From the human T2T-CHM13v2.0 reference genome, Homo sapiens, in the NCBI RefSeq assembly GCF_009914755.1, contig NC_060927.1: 64,000 nucleotides of DNA; one strand, 5' to 3'. A program made the position numbers and the translations under genes. The notes beneath the pieces are model-generated. The model ran no database searches and was not told where the DNA came from. It was given only the letters and a program-made list of their open reading frames with translations. Positions 13,968 to 28,370 of the stretch are shown here, in pieces. The first letter of the stretch is position 1; every line of letters begins with the position of its first letter.

Positions 13968-16900
13968 CCTATCTTAGCTATTGTGAATAATACTGCAGTG
14001 ACCATTGGAATTCAGATATCAACTTGACACACTGATTTCATATACTTAGAATATATTCCCAGTAGTAGTATTGCTGGATTGTATGATAGCTCTATTTTTA
14101 ATTTTTGAGGATCCTCCATATGGTTTTCCATAATAGCTGCAAGAATTTACATTCACACTAATAGTGTACAAAGCTTCCCTTTTCTCCCCAACCTCGCCAG
14201 CACTTGTCATCTTTCATCTTTTTTATAATAGCTATTCTAACAAGTATGAGTTGACATCTCATTGTTTTAATTTGCATATATCTGATGATTAGTGATATTG
14301 AGCATTTTTTAAATATACCTCTTGGCCATTTGTATGTCTTTTGAGAAAAGTCTATTCAGATCCTTCACCCATTTTTTAATTGGCTGATTTGTTTTCTTAC
14401 CATTGAGTTGTTTGAGTTCCTTATATAATTTGGATATCATCAGACCTGAAGGAGTCATGCCTACAAGGACGATGGCCATCTGAATGAAACCTGCTATTCC
14501 AGGGCCTTGGACTGTCACAATAACTATAGCAGTATTAGAGTAGCATGTGGGGAGAGAGAATCCCAAGAGTGGAATACAGGCTAGGAAGCAAAATTGTTAT
14601 AGAAATAAGCCTGGGAGGGGCCCGGATGGCTGAATAGAAACAGCCACAGTCAGAGGCTCCCAATAAGAAGAATGAAAACAGCAAGTGAATCCTGCATCAG
14701 CAACTGAAGTATCCAGGTTCTTTCACTGGGACTGACTAGGCATTTGGCATGACCCACGGAGATCAAGGTAAAACAAGGTGCAGCGAAGGCCACCTGGGAG
14801 CCACATGGCACAAGGAGAACTCCCACCCCCAGCCAAGGGAGGTGGTGAGTGATTGTGCTACCCCACGCAGGAAACCATGCTTTTTTCCATGGATCTGTGC
14901 AACCCATGGATCAGATCCCCTCATGAGCCCACACTACTGCAGTCTTGGGTCCCAAGCACAGAGCTGTGCAGATTCTCGGTGACCACTTGACTGGAGACTG
15001 CCTAAGACTACCGAGTTCCTGGGGGGAGGGGCAGCCACCATTACTGCAGCTCCAGTATCCAGTTTTCTCCTGCTGGTGCTGGAGAGACTGAGCAGTTTGG
15101 ACCCAGGAGGAACTTCCCACAGCACAGCACAGTGGCTGTAGCAGATTGTGGCCAGATTGCCTCTTTAAGCTGGATCTTGACCCATCCTTCCTCACTGGGT
15201 GGGGGCTCCCTGTGGTAATTTCAGCAAGTCCAGCCAGGGGTTTACAGACAGAACTCTGTTCTCCCTGGGACGGAGTCACTGGAAGCAGGGCAGCCGCAGT
15301 CTTCATGGATCAGTGGACTTAGTCTTTCCCACTGATGGCTCTGAGGAACCTGGGAATTCTGAACCAGTGGGATTACTCCCAGCACAGTGCTCCTCTGACA
15401 CCAAGGGGCAGCAAGAGTGCTTCATTAAGCAGGTCCTTGACCCCATGCATCCTGACTGGGTGAGACTCCCCCACAGGGGTCACCAGAAAACCTACAAGCC
15501 AGAAGAAATTAGGGGCCAATATTCAACATTCCTAAAGAAAAAAATTTCCAATCCAGAATTTCATTTCTGGCCAAACTAAGCTTCATTGGCAAAGGAGAAA
15601 TAAAATTCTTTTCAGATAACCAAATGCTGAGGGAATTTGTCACCACCAGGCCTGCCTTGCAAAAGATCCCAAAGGAAATACTAAGTATAAAAAGGAAAAA
15701 CCATTACCAGTCACTACAAAAACACACTGAAGTACAAAAACCAATGACACTATGAAGCAACTACATCAAGTCAGCAAAATAATCAGCTAAAATCATGATG
15801 ACAGGATCAAATTCATACAGAACAATATTAAGCTTAAATGTAAATGAGCTAAATGCCCCCAATTAAAAGACACAGAATGGCAAGCTGGATAAAGAATCAA
15901 GACTCATTGTTGTGCTGTATTCAAGAAACCCATCTCACATGCAAAGACACACATAGGCTCAAAATAAAGGGATGGAAGAAAATTTACCAAGCAAAGGGAA
16001 AGCAGAAAAAAGCAGGGGTTGTAATCCTAGTTTCTGACAAAACAGATTTTAAACCAACAATAATAGTGGGAGACTCTAACACCCCACTGTCAATATTAAG
16101 CGGATCATTGAGACAGAAAATTTGCAAGGATATTCAGGACTTGAACTCAGCTCTAGATCAAGTGGACCTGATAGATATCTACAGAACTCTTGACCCAAAA
16201 ACAATAGAATATACGTTCTTCTCAGCAACACACAACACATACTCTGAAATAGATCACATAATTGGATGTAAAACACTCCTGAACAAATGCAAAAAAAACA
16301 CTGATATCGTAAACAGTCTCACAGACAACATTGCAATCAAATTAGAACTCAAGATCAAAAAACTCACTCAAAACCACACAACTACATGGAAATTGAACAA
16401 CCTGCTCCTGAATTTCTCCTGGGTCAATAATAAAATTAAGGCAGATATCAAGTTCTTTGAAACCAGTGAGAACAAAGACACAACAACAGAGACACAAAAA
16501 ACCCTTCAAAAAATCAATAAATCCAGAAGCCCATTTTTTGAAAAAATTTATAAAATATAGACCACTAGCTAGGTTAATAAAGAAGAAAAGAGAAGAATCA
16601 AATAGACACAATAAGAAATGATAAAGGGGATATCACCACTGATACCACAGAAATGCAAGCAACCATAAGAGAATACTCTAAACACCTCTACACAAGTAAA
16701 CTAGAAAATCTAGAAGAAATGGATAAATTCCTGGACACATACACCCTCCCAAGACTGAATTGGGAAGAAGTTGAATCCCTGAATAGACCAATAAAACAAG
16801 TTCTGAAATTGAGGCAGTAATAAATAGCCTACCATCCAAGAAAAGCCCAGGACCAGGGAGATTTTCAGCTGAATTCTACCGGAGATATTAAAAGAAGCTG

Positions 16901-17440
16901 GTAACGTTTCTTCTGGAACTATTCCAAACAATTCAAAAGGAAGGACTCATCCCTAACTCATTTTATGAAACCAGCATCATCCTGATACCAAAACCTGGCA
17001 GAGCTACAAAAAAAAAAAAAAGAGAGAAGAATAATTCAGGCCAATATCCCTGATGAACATTGATGCAAAATTCTCAGTAAAATACTGGCAAACCAAATCC
17101 AGCAGCACATGAAAAGGTATATCCACATGATCAACTCAGCTTTATTCCCAGGATGCAAGTCTGGTTCAACATAATCAAATCTAGATAATTCATATAAACA
17201 GAGCTAAAGACAAAAACCACTTGATTATCTCAACAGATGCAGAGAAGGCCTTTGATAAAATTCAACATCCCTTCATGTTAAAAACTCTCAATAAACTAAG
17301 TATTGATGGAACATACCTTAAAATAATGAGTCATTTATGACATACCCACAACCAATATCATACTGAATGGGCAAAAAGTAGAAGCATTCCCCTTGAAAAC
17401 TGGCAAAAGACAAGGATGCCCTCTCTCACCATTCCCATTC

Positions 17441-17717
17441 TTTTTTTTTTTTTTTTTTCAGGATGGAGTCTTGCTCTGTCACTCAGGCTGGAGTGCAATG
17501 TGCAATCTAGGCTCACTGCAACCCCTGCCTCCTGGGTTCAAGCAATTCTCCTTCCTCAGCCTCCCAAGTAGCTGGGATTACAGTTGCACACCACCATGCC
17601 TGGCTAATGTTTTGTATTTTTAGTAGACATGGAATTTCAACATGTTGGTCCGGCTGGTCTCGAACTCCTGACCTCATGATGTGCCCACCTCAGCCTCCCA
17701 AAGTGCTGGGATTACAG
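17441..17717 (-). mobile_element. AluS (Sg-like), 5'-truncated, no TSD
   Basis: T18 tail and Alu body ending at 'ctgggattacag' without the terminal ~20 nt. Confidence 0.9.
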
Positions 17718-19192
17718 TCTCCAAGGCAATCAGGCAAGATAAAAAAATAAAGGGTATTCAAATAGGAAGAGAGAAGTCAAACTGTCTCTGTCTGCTGATG
17801 ATATAATCCTTTAGAAAACCCCATCATCTCAGCCCAAAAGCTTCTTAAGCTGATAAGCAAATTCAACAGTCTCAGGATACAAAATCAATGTGCAAAAATC
17901 ACAAGCACTCCCATACACCAACAGCAGACAAGCAGAGAGCCAAATCATAAATGAACTCCCATTCACAATTGCTACAAAGAGAATAAAATACCAAGGAATG
18001 CAGCTAACAAGAGAAGTGAAGGGCCTCTTCAAGGAGAACTACAAACCACTGCTCAAGGAAATCAGAGAGGACACAAACAAATGGAAAAACATTCCATGAT
18101 CATGGATAGGAAGAAATAATATTATAAAAATGGCCATACTGACCAAAGTAATTTAAAGATTCAACACTATTCCCATTAAACTACCATTCACATTCTTTAC
18201 AGAATTAGAAAAAACTACTTTAAAATTCATATGGGACCAAAAAAGGAGCCCATATAGCCAAGACAATACTAAGAAAAAAGAACAAAGGTGAAGGCATCAT
18301 GCTACCCAACTTCAAACTATACTACAAGGCTACAGTAACCAAAACAGCATGGTACTGACACAAAAGCAGAAACATAGACCAAGGAAACAGAACAGAGAAC
18401 TCAGAAATAAGACTGCACATCTACAACCATCTGATATTTGACAAACCTGACAGAAGCAAGCAACGGGGAAAGGATTCCTTATTTAATAAATGGTGCTGGG
18501 AAAACTGGCTAGCCATAGGCAGAATATTGAAAGTGGACCTCTTCCTTACATCTGTTACAAAAATTAACTCAAGATGGTTTAAAGATTTAAATGTAAAACC
18601 CAAAACTATGAAAACCCTAAAAGAAAATCTAGGCAATGCCTTTCAGGACATGGGCACAGGCAAAGGTTTCCTGACGAAAATGTCACAAGCAATTGTAACA
18701 AAAGCAAAAATTGACATATGCGATCTAATTAATCTAAAGAGCTTCTGCACAACAAAAGAAACTATTAGAGTAAACAGATAATCTACAAAATGGGAGAAAA
18801 TTTTTGCAATCTATCCGTCTGACAGAAGTCTAGTATCCAGAATCTACAAGGAACTTAAACAAATTTACAAGAAAAAAAAAAAACCTATTAGTAGTAAAAG
18901 GACATGAATGGCCACTTATCAAAAGAAGGCATTTATGTGGCCAAGAAACATGAGAAAAGCTTAACATCACTGATCATTAGAGAAATGCAAATCAAAACCA
19001 CAATGAGATACCATCTCACACCAGTCAGAATGGTGATTATTAAAAAGTCAAGAAACAACAGATGCTGGCAAGGCTGTGGAGAAATAGGAATGTTTTGACA
19101 CTGTTGGTGGGAATGTGAATTAGTTCAACCATTGTGGAAGACAGTGTGGTAATTCCTCAAAGACCTGGAACCAGAAATACCGTTTGATCCAG

Positions 19193-21506
19193 AATATTAG
19201 TCTGCTCTCACACTGCTGATAAAGACATACCTAAGACTGGGCAATTTATGAAGGAAAGAGGTTTAATTGACTCACAGTTTCACATGGCTGGGGAGGCCTC
19301 ACAATCATGGTGGAAAGCAAGGAGGAGCAAAGTCACTTCTTACATGGATGGTGGCAGTCAAGGGAGTTTGTGTAGGGGAACTCCCCCTTATACAACCATC
19401 AGCTCTCATGAGACTTATTCACTCTCATGAGAACAGCATGAGAAAGACCCGGGCCCATGATTCAATTACCTCCCACAAGGTCCCTCCCACAACATGTGGG
19501 AATTGTAGGAGCTACAATTCAAGATGACATTTGTGTGAGGACACAACCAAACCATAACATTCTGCCCCTGCTCCCCCAAATCTCATGTCCTCACATTTCA
19601 AAACCAATCATGCCTTCCCAACAATCCCCCAAATTATTAACTCATTTCAGCACTTACTCAAAAGTCCATAGTCCAAAGTCTCATCTGAGACAAATCAAGT
19701 CCCTTCCACCTATGAGCCTGTGAAATCAAAATCAATTTAGTTACTTCCTAGATGCAATGGGGGCACAGGCATTGGATAAATACAGACATTCCAAATGGGA
19801 GAAACTCGCCAAAACAAAGGGGCTACAGGCCCTGTGCAAATCCAAAATCCAGTGGGGCAGTTAAATCTTAAAGTTCCATAATAATCTCCTTTAACTGCAT
19901 GTCTCACATCCAGGTCACGATGATGTAAGAGGTGGGTTCCCGTGGTCTTGGGCAGCTCTGCTCCTGTGGCTTTTCAGGGTACAACCTCCCTCCCAGCTGC
20001 TTTCATGAGCTGGCATTGAGTGTCTGTAGTTTTCCAGGTGCATGGTGCAAGCTGTTGGTGGATCTACCATTCTGGGGTCTGGAGGGTGGTGGCTCTCTTT
20101 TCACAGCTCCACTAGACAGTGCTCCAGTGGGGACTCTGTGTGAGGACTTCAACCCAACATATCCCTTCCACACTGCCCTAGCAGACTTTCTCCATGAGAG
20201 CCCTGTCCCTGCAGCAAACTTATGCCTGGCCATCCAGGCATTCCCATACGTCCTCTGAAATCAAGGTGGAGGTTCCCAAATCTCAATTCTTGAGTTCTGT
20301 GCACCGGCAGGCTCAACACCATGTGGAAGCTGCTAAGGCTTGGGGCTTGCACCCTCTGAAGCAACAGCCCAAGCTGTACTTTGGCCCCTTTTAGACATAG
20401 CTAGAGCAGCTGGGATGCAGGGCACCAAGTCCCTAGGCTGCACACAGCATGGGGGCCTTGGGTCTGGCCCACGAAACCATTTTTTCCTCCTAGGCCTCTA
20501 GGCCTGTGTGGGAGGGGCTAGTGCAAAGATCTTTGACATGCCCTAGAGACATTTTCCCCATTGTCTTGGTGATTAACATTTGGCTCCTCATTACTTATGC
20601 AAATTTATGCAGCTGGCTTAAATTTCTCCTCAGAAAATGGGTTTTTCCTTTTCTATCACATCATCAGGCTGCAAATTTTCCAAACGTTTATGCTCTGTTT
20701 TCCTTTTAAAACTGAATGCTTTTAACAGCACCCAAGTCACCTCTTGAATGCTTTGCTGCTTAGAAATTTCTTCTACCAGGTACCATAAATCATCTCCCTC
20801 AAGTTCAAAGTTTCACAAGTGTCTAGGGCAGGGGCAAAACCCCACCAGTCTCTTTGCTGAAACATAGCAAGAGTCAGTCATCATTACTCCAGTTCCCAAC
20901 AAGTTCCTCATCTCCGTCTGAGACTACCTCAGCCTGGATTTCATTGTCCATATCATTATCAGCATTTTGGTCAAAGCCATTCAATTAGTCTCTAGGAAGT
21001 TCCAAACTTTCCCACATTTTTCTGTCTTCTTCTGAGCCTTCCAAACTGTTCCATCCTTTGCCTGCTAACCAGTTCCAAAGTCGCTTCTACATTTTTGGGT
21101 ATCTTTACAGCAGCACCCCACTCTACCAGTAACAATTTACTGTATTAGTCTGTTCTCACAATTCTAATAAAGACATACCTGACACTGGGTAGTTTATAAA
21201 GGAAAGAGGTTTAATTGACTCACAGTTCCATATGGCTGAGGAGGCCTCACAATCATAGTGGAAGGCAAGAAGGAGCAAAGCCACATCTTACATGGACGGC
21301 AGTAGTCAAGAGAGCTTGTGTAGGGGAACTCCCCCTTATAAAACCATCAGATCTCATGAGACTTATTTACTCCCATGAGAACAGCACAGGAAAGACCTGC
21401 CTCCATGATTCAATTACCTCCCACCAGTTGCCTCCCATAACACATGGGAATTGTGAATGCTACAATTCAAGATGAGATTTGTGTGGGACACAGCCAAACC
21501 ATATTA
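19193..21506 (-). mobile_element. Full-length THE1 (THE1B-like) MaLR element: LTR 21141-21506, internal 19560-21140, LTR 19193-19559
   Basis: Two ~365-bp direct LTRs around a ~1.6-kb THE1-int; 5-bp TSD tccag/cccag splitting L1 'tttgacccagcaatc'. Confidence 0.95.
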
Positions 21507-23394
21507 CCCAGCAATCGCATTACTAGATGTATATCCAAAGGAATATAAATTATTCCATTCTAAAGATACACGCATGTGTATGTTCATTGTGGCACTATTC
21601 ATGATAGCAAAGACATGGAATCAACCCAAATGCCCATCAGTGATAGACTGAATTAAGAAAATGTGGTACATATACAACATGGAATGCTATGCAGCCATGA
21701 AAAGGAAAGAGATCATGTCCATTATAGGGACACGGATGGAGCTGGAAGCCAATATCCTCAGCAAACCAGCACAGGAAGAGAAAACCAAACACCGCATGTT
21801 CTCACTTATAATTGGGAGCTGAACAATGAGAACACATGGACACAGGGAGGGGAACAACTCACACTGGGGCCTGTCAGGGTTGGGGACAGAGGGAGGGAGA
21901 GCATCAGGATAAATATTTAATGCATACTGGGTTTACTACCTAGGTGATGAGTTGATAGGTGCTGCAAACCTTCATGGGACATCATGGCACATGTTTACCT
22001 ATGTAGCAAATCTGCACATCCTGCACATGTATCCTGGAACTTAAAATAAAAATAAATGTATAGATATAGATATAGGATGTTAACCCCTTATCAGATGTAC
22101 ATTTTACAAATATATGCTTCCCAATCCACAGGTTGTCTCTTCACTTGTCGCTATTTCCTTTGCTGTGCAGCTTTTTAGTCTAATGTAATCCCATTTGTCT
22201 ATCTTGACACATAAAATTAAGCATCACATTTTGCACAGGATTGGGAGCTATTGAAGGGTTTTGAGCAGTGAAATGACATAATCTGCTTTACATGTTAACT
22301 ATATCACTGTGGCATGAGTACTAAGGCAGAGGCAGAAAAAACAGCAAGTACCTATTTCAATATTGCAGGCAAAAGATAATGGTGATTTCAGCAAGGTAAT
22401 AGCAATAAGAGTGATGAGAAATGATCAGATTCTACTTGTTTATTTGACAATATCAACTGACTAAGTTTTCTGATTATGTGGATACGACTGTGGGAGAAAA
22501 ATTCCAGTAAAGTGGACTCTAACATTTTGTCCTGAGCAACTTAAAGGATCAAGCTGCCCCCAGCTGAGATAGGAAAGATGTTGAGTAAAGCTGATTTGGG
22601 CAAAGTTTAGGAATTCAGTCTTGGATGGATTGTGTTAAAATGCTATCCAAGTGGCAATGTAGAGCAGGCAGTTGCATATACTTGTCTGAAACTTAAAGGG
22701 AGTGGTCTATTCTTTACTCAAATTCATACGATAATTCAAGGGATCCAACTCAAAACTTTCAACATTTACTGTATTTCCATTGCTCTTCTCTACACCAGCA
22801 CCTTGCTTGTGCTCTTTCTTGCCATGACCCAACCCCTTTTTATTCTCTGCACACCCATCCTCTCTCTTCTCCATGTCTTCATCGTGGAGACCAACTGAAC
22901 CTCTCACCTTGTCACTCTTCCCCACCTGTGACCCCCCGGGTCTGCCCTTCTTTGCCCTTTGCCAGATCTGCACCCCTGGGCCCACTGGCTGAGTGAGAGC
23001 AACCAGTGGATTACTAGGAGAGGGGAGGAGAAGAGAATTGGGGCAGGAAATTATGCATTCTCTTGGGATTCTATGAGGCTGGGTGAAACCTATAGATTTT
23101 GTTATGGTAAATAATAGCCATAATAATAATGTATATATGTATGTATGCCAATTGGGGGGGCTAAAATTCATATTTCAATGCCTACTTAAGAGAATCCTAG
23201 AATTTTAGAATTTTAACAACTCTGAAAGTTTAAAGATCATCTTGTCCCACCCTATCACTCAAATATGAAAAAAGAAAACAAGATCAATAGCAGTGAACTA
23301 ATTTGTCTGAGCTTCACTTTTTTCCAGTAATTTCAGGATTCTCTGCTAATCAACATATCAATGTCATGCGGTATATAGAGATATATCTAATCAG

Positions 23395-23610
23395 ACTAAT
23401 TTGTGGAACATCTACGATACGTAGCACTATAAAAAGTGCTTTATATTCACTATTTCACTGAATCCTCAACTCTATGAGGTAGCCAAAATTGGTCTACTTT
23501 TATGAATGAGTATCCAGGGGGCTCAGAGAGATTAAGTGAGTGGCCCTGGGTCACACAGCTAGGCAATGACTGAGCCAGGATTAAAAATTACCTAAGTCTG
23601 ATGCCCTTCC
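23395..23610 (-). mobile_element. MIR SINE
   Basis: 'gctcagagagattaagtgagtggccctgggtcacacagctag'. Confidence 0.75.
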
Positions 23611-24703
23611 CTGTACATGGCTACCTCTCTCTAATGAAAAATTATGTGTGTTGAAGTGAGGGTCAGGGTTCAGGAATATCCACATTAGGTGGTAATTCAT
23701 TCTCTGAATCTGTTTTGGTCTGCTGAGGACATGCTTGGCTATCCCAGAGATTGAACTGGCATACTTCATAAGCACTGACTTTCTCTGAATGACCTGGCTT
23801 TGTCTTCATTCATAGGCTGGTTATTTCATTTCCTTTGTGCAAGAATTTGTGTGTTCTATAGTCCCTAGTGGGAGCAGTTGTGGAAGTAAGACGGATAAAA
23901 TACCCATCCTATCTCAAAACAAGAGAGAAAAATTCACACGTTGGGAAAGAGCATGCAAACTCTACTAGCCAAAACTATTACAACAGAAAAATCAATTACA
24001 AACAGAAATTTGACATGAACAAGTGTCAGGAACTTGTGACAACCATACAAAGCAGTCATTGTGTCCCAGTGTAAGATAAACTAACTATGCTTAATCAAGA
24101 GAAGACACAAACGACAGATCTGCTTCTCTTACCAGTTACTGTGTTATATTTTCCAGGCATATAATTTATTTAAACTGAATTCTAAAATATCCTTCTACAG
24201 AGGATTGGGAAAGGAGTTTTACCTTCATACCAAGGATAATTTGCTAGAAGGAAAATAGGGATTGGTAATGGAGCTACCCAGGGACACAGACTTTTATTTT
24301 TAATTTAGCAGATGCTAGATTCATGTGTTCAGTCATTGCTCCTTCTGTCTTGTGCGCTGTACTCAAAAAAACCTTCCCTCCTATTGGCAAATATACTTCC
24401 TTCTTCAAGGCAAGCAGAAAAGCAAGGAAAATGCATGCAAATAAAAAAAAGAATCTTTGAATCCGTTAGCCTGGTGTTTTCATTTTGGTTGAAACATTGT
24501 GTGGCATTCATTGGTTGTGCCCTCACCTTTGCTACATTTTCACTTAGAAACTTTGGATAAAGAATAGGCAGTAATTGTCAACATGGCATATTTCAACTTC
24601 TACGTGATAATAGAGTGAGATTTCTCAACCTTGGCACTATTGACATTTTCCACGGGATAATTCTTCGTTGTGGGGGCTGTTCTGTGTATTGCAAGATGTT
24701 TAG

Positions 24704-25142
<439 letters not shown>

Positions 25143-25622
25143 CTAGTGCTTCTTGTGGTGTTGGAAAGAAAGGAAGTTATCAAAACACGCACACACACAC
25201 ACATACACACACACACACACACAATGGTAGGCCTATGTCAAAGGCATACGGGAGCCAACTGAAAGCATTCCCAGTGGCCAAACCTGAAATAATTTGAGCA
25301 ATAAAATTAGTAAGGTAGGATTGGATTATAATCCAAAGTATAAAATAAATATTCAAGAGGATATAAATAAATGAGTAATTAATTAAATAGGGACAATAGA
25401 CAAATCTCCTGTGCAGACAAATTCCAAATAATGTATGTAGATATTCAGCCTTCAAGGAGATGGTGTGGAATTCTCTACTCTTTAAGGGTGGGCTGTGCAT
25501 AGTGACTTCTATCCAAAGAGTACAGTATGGAAAGAAATCAAAAAAGGAACTTTGCCACGGAGAAACTTGACAAACACGATCTCAGCCACATGATCAAGGT
25601 CAACATCAACAGTGATAGGTCA

Positions 25623-26223
<601 letters not shown>

Positions 26224-27455
26224 TCAGGTAAAAGCTAAAGAAATTTGAATAAAGAAGAAAATGTATTTAAGAATAGTGTATGAGTATTGGTTCATTGTTA
26301 CAAACGTACCATACTAATTCTTCCTATGGGAGATGTTAATAATAGGGCAAACATAGTGTGAGATATATGGGAACTGTCTGTAATATCTTCACAACTTCTC
26401 TGTAAATCTAAAACTGTTCTACAATAAAAAGATAATTTAAAAATTGTCTCCAGATACCACAAGTGTCCCCTGGGAAGCAAAAGTATCCCCAGTTGAGAAC
26501 GACTGCTGTAGAATATCTGGGTTCAAGTCTCACTTCTACCACTTTTTTTCCTGTGTGGCCTTAGACAAATTCTGTAATATCTCTAAGCCTCTGGAAAATG
26601 GAGAGAATAACAACGCCTACCACAGAGAATTGGTGTGAGGATTCAGCGACGTAATGTAAAGTGCAGACTGGCACTTAAAAAGCACTTGATAAATGTCAGC
26701 CATGATAACTCTATCCACGGTAATTATTAGTATTAATTCACTTCGTATGAATGATGCGCTGCTGACACATTCTCAGTTGTTCCTATCCTGTCAGGCCCCA
26801 GAAAAAAAAATATATATTTCCCAGGCACTTTGAGTTTAAACAAATGTCTCTTCTTACCTTGAAGAACAGAATGTGCCTTTCAGAAAATGACAGACTCTCC
26901 CGGAACCTGTGGCCTTTCCAGGAAAAGCCCAAACAATGATCGACGGTGGCATTTACTGCACTGAGATGAGACAGCCAAGCCGGCCTACATCACATTTACT
27001 CTGGTTAGGCTCATTGATTGAATCCCATTGGTGAGGAAGGCAGTGCAATGGCAGAAGTGGAAGATGAAGCCATCTGTCTGGGTAGGAAACAAGGGTCAGG
27101 GAAGTGACAAGAGTGGGCTTTGTTCCATGAGGAGTCAGCCGCTGATGCTGGATCATTTGTAGTGAATCACGCCTGGGAAAAGTTTCCAAACTACCCTTTG
27201 TCTGTTCGATACTGGGGCTTTTTAGTCATTTAACCCCCTACTTTACAGCAGCCAGGCCTCACAGCTGACTAGTTATAAAGACCTCTGCTTTTAGGGAGTT
27301 AGGGCTAAAGGAAAATGCAAAATGCCACCATACAATTATATAATATATATACTTTTTTTTTCAACTGAGAGATAACATTGTAAATTTTTGGAGGTTTTCT
27401 TTTGTTTTGTTTGAGACATGAGAACACCAACCAGGGACCAAATGGATACCTTATC

Positions 27456-27692
27456 CCAGGGATTCCCCAACTCCCGGGCCATGGACAGTAGTGGTTCACA
27501 AACCTTACTGTGAACTGTGCATGTGAGGGATCTAGGCTGTGCACTCCTTATGAGAATCTAACTAATGCCTGATGACCTGAGGTGGAACAGTTTCATCCTG
27601 AAACCACCATCACATCCCCTCCCTTCACCTTCCATGGAAAAAATTGTCTTGCACAAAGCCAGTCCCTATTCCCAAAAAGGTTGGGGACTGCT
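27456..27692 (+). mobile_element. MER1B-like (hAT-Charlie) element, internally deleted
   Basis: 'gagggatctaggctgtgcactccttatgagaatctaactaatgcctgatga'; TIRs cagggattccccaac / gttggggactgctg. Confidence 0.85.
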
Positions 27693-28014
27693 GTATCCCC
27701 TTGGAACTGAAGTCAGGAGAAAAGTAGAATCTGTTCTATCATACCCCTGCATTCAGTTACTGAAGACTAATTTGAAGGGCCAAGTGTTGAGAACAATTCA
27801 GTCCAAGCAATCTTTGTGGGAGGGGTTGCTGGAAAGCAGCTGAACTCCAAGAGAGCGTTTGGGTAGAATGTAGACCCCAAACCCCAAGACAGACAGACTT
27901 ATAAGGCTTCAGGGGATCAGCTATGTGCTGCTGTATTAATCTCTGGCTTCTTAGACGACCTTTCCCCTTGGACCTTGACCTCTGAAGTCCTGACTTGATC
28001 TCACTTTCCTTGGC

Positions 28015-28370
28015 TTCATTCATTCATTCAAGAAATAATTATTAAGTGCCTACTATGTGTCTAGGCAGTAGGGATGCAGTGGTGAAACAAGCCAGCTGGC
28101 CTTCTAAAGGTAGGAAACAAAGAAAGAAAGAAAGAAACAAATGAATAAACAAGATAGCCTCAATAATGAGCACTATAATCAATTAGAGTCAGGGAACAGA
28201 AAGTAACTAGATTTAAGATCAACTCTACACAAAGGGGAGATGGTGAGGTAAGCATCTCTGAGGAGATGGCCTTGGAGATGATAAAGGTAGAGACGGAGCC
28301 AAACATGCAAGAATCTGTAGAAAGTATCATCCAAGCAGTGACAAAAGCCAGTGCAAAGTTCCTGAATTGG
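28015..28370 (-). mobile_element. L2 3' fragment
   Basis: 'ttcattcattcattcaagaaataattattaagtgcctactatgtgtctaggca'. Confidence 0.7.

Larger units (their letters stand above)
14613..22060 (+). mobile_element. L1PA11-13-like LINE with 5'UTR through poly(A), internally deleted, both ORFs disrupted
   Basis: 5'UTR from 'gggaggggcccggatggc'; ORF2 endonuclease peptide 15853-16560 (PIKRHRMASWIKNQD..); RT fragments; 3'UTR ends 'ctgcacatgtatcctggaacttaaaataaaa'. Confidence 0.93.
12984..22203 (-). mobile_element. L1MA 3' fragment; pieces ~12984-14437 and ~22070-22203
   Basis: Antisense L1MA 3'UTR/ORF2 end; '...gttccttatataatttggatat' resumes as 'ggatgttaaccccttatcagatgta' after the inserted L1PA. Confidence 0.85.
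12475..22228 (-). mobile_element. MLT2 (ERVL) LTR split by a ~9.2-kb nest; pieces 12475-~12983 and ~22204-22228
   Basis: Starts 'tgtattagtctgggttctccagagaaac' and contains (TG)n at 12514-12539; terminus 'ttgacacataaaattaagcatcaca' is found only at 22204-22228; TSD ctttg/ttttg. Confidence 0.85.

Noticed and set aside
15853-16560. 235-aa ORF as a functional endonuclease gene
   Set aside because: It is an L1 ORF2 remnant with internal deletions and catalytic-motif changes (GDSN, SEID, TDN in place of GDFN, SKID, SDH).
19248-21475. ORFs in THE1 LTRs and internal region
   Set aside because: Short, fragmented MaLR-derived frames; no intact internal ORF.
22707-23171. 154-aa minus-strand ORF in mostly unique sequence
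   Set aside because: No recognisable domain or exon structure; length is compatible with chance.
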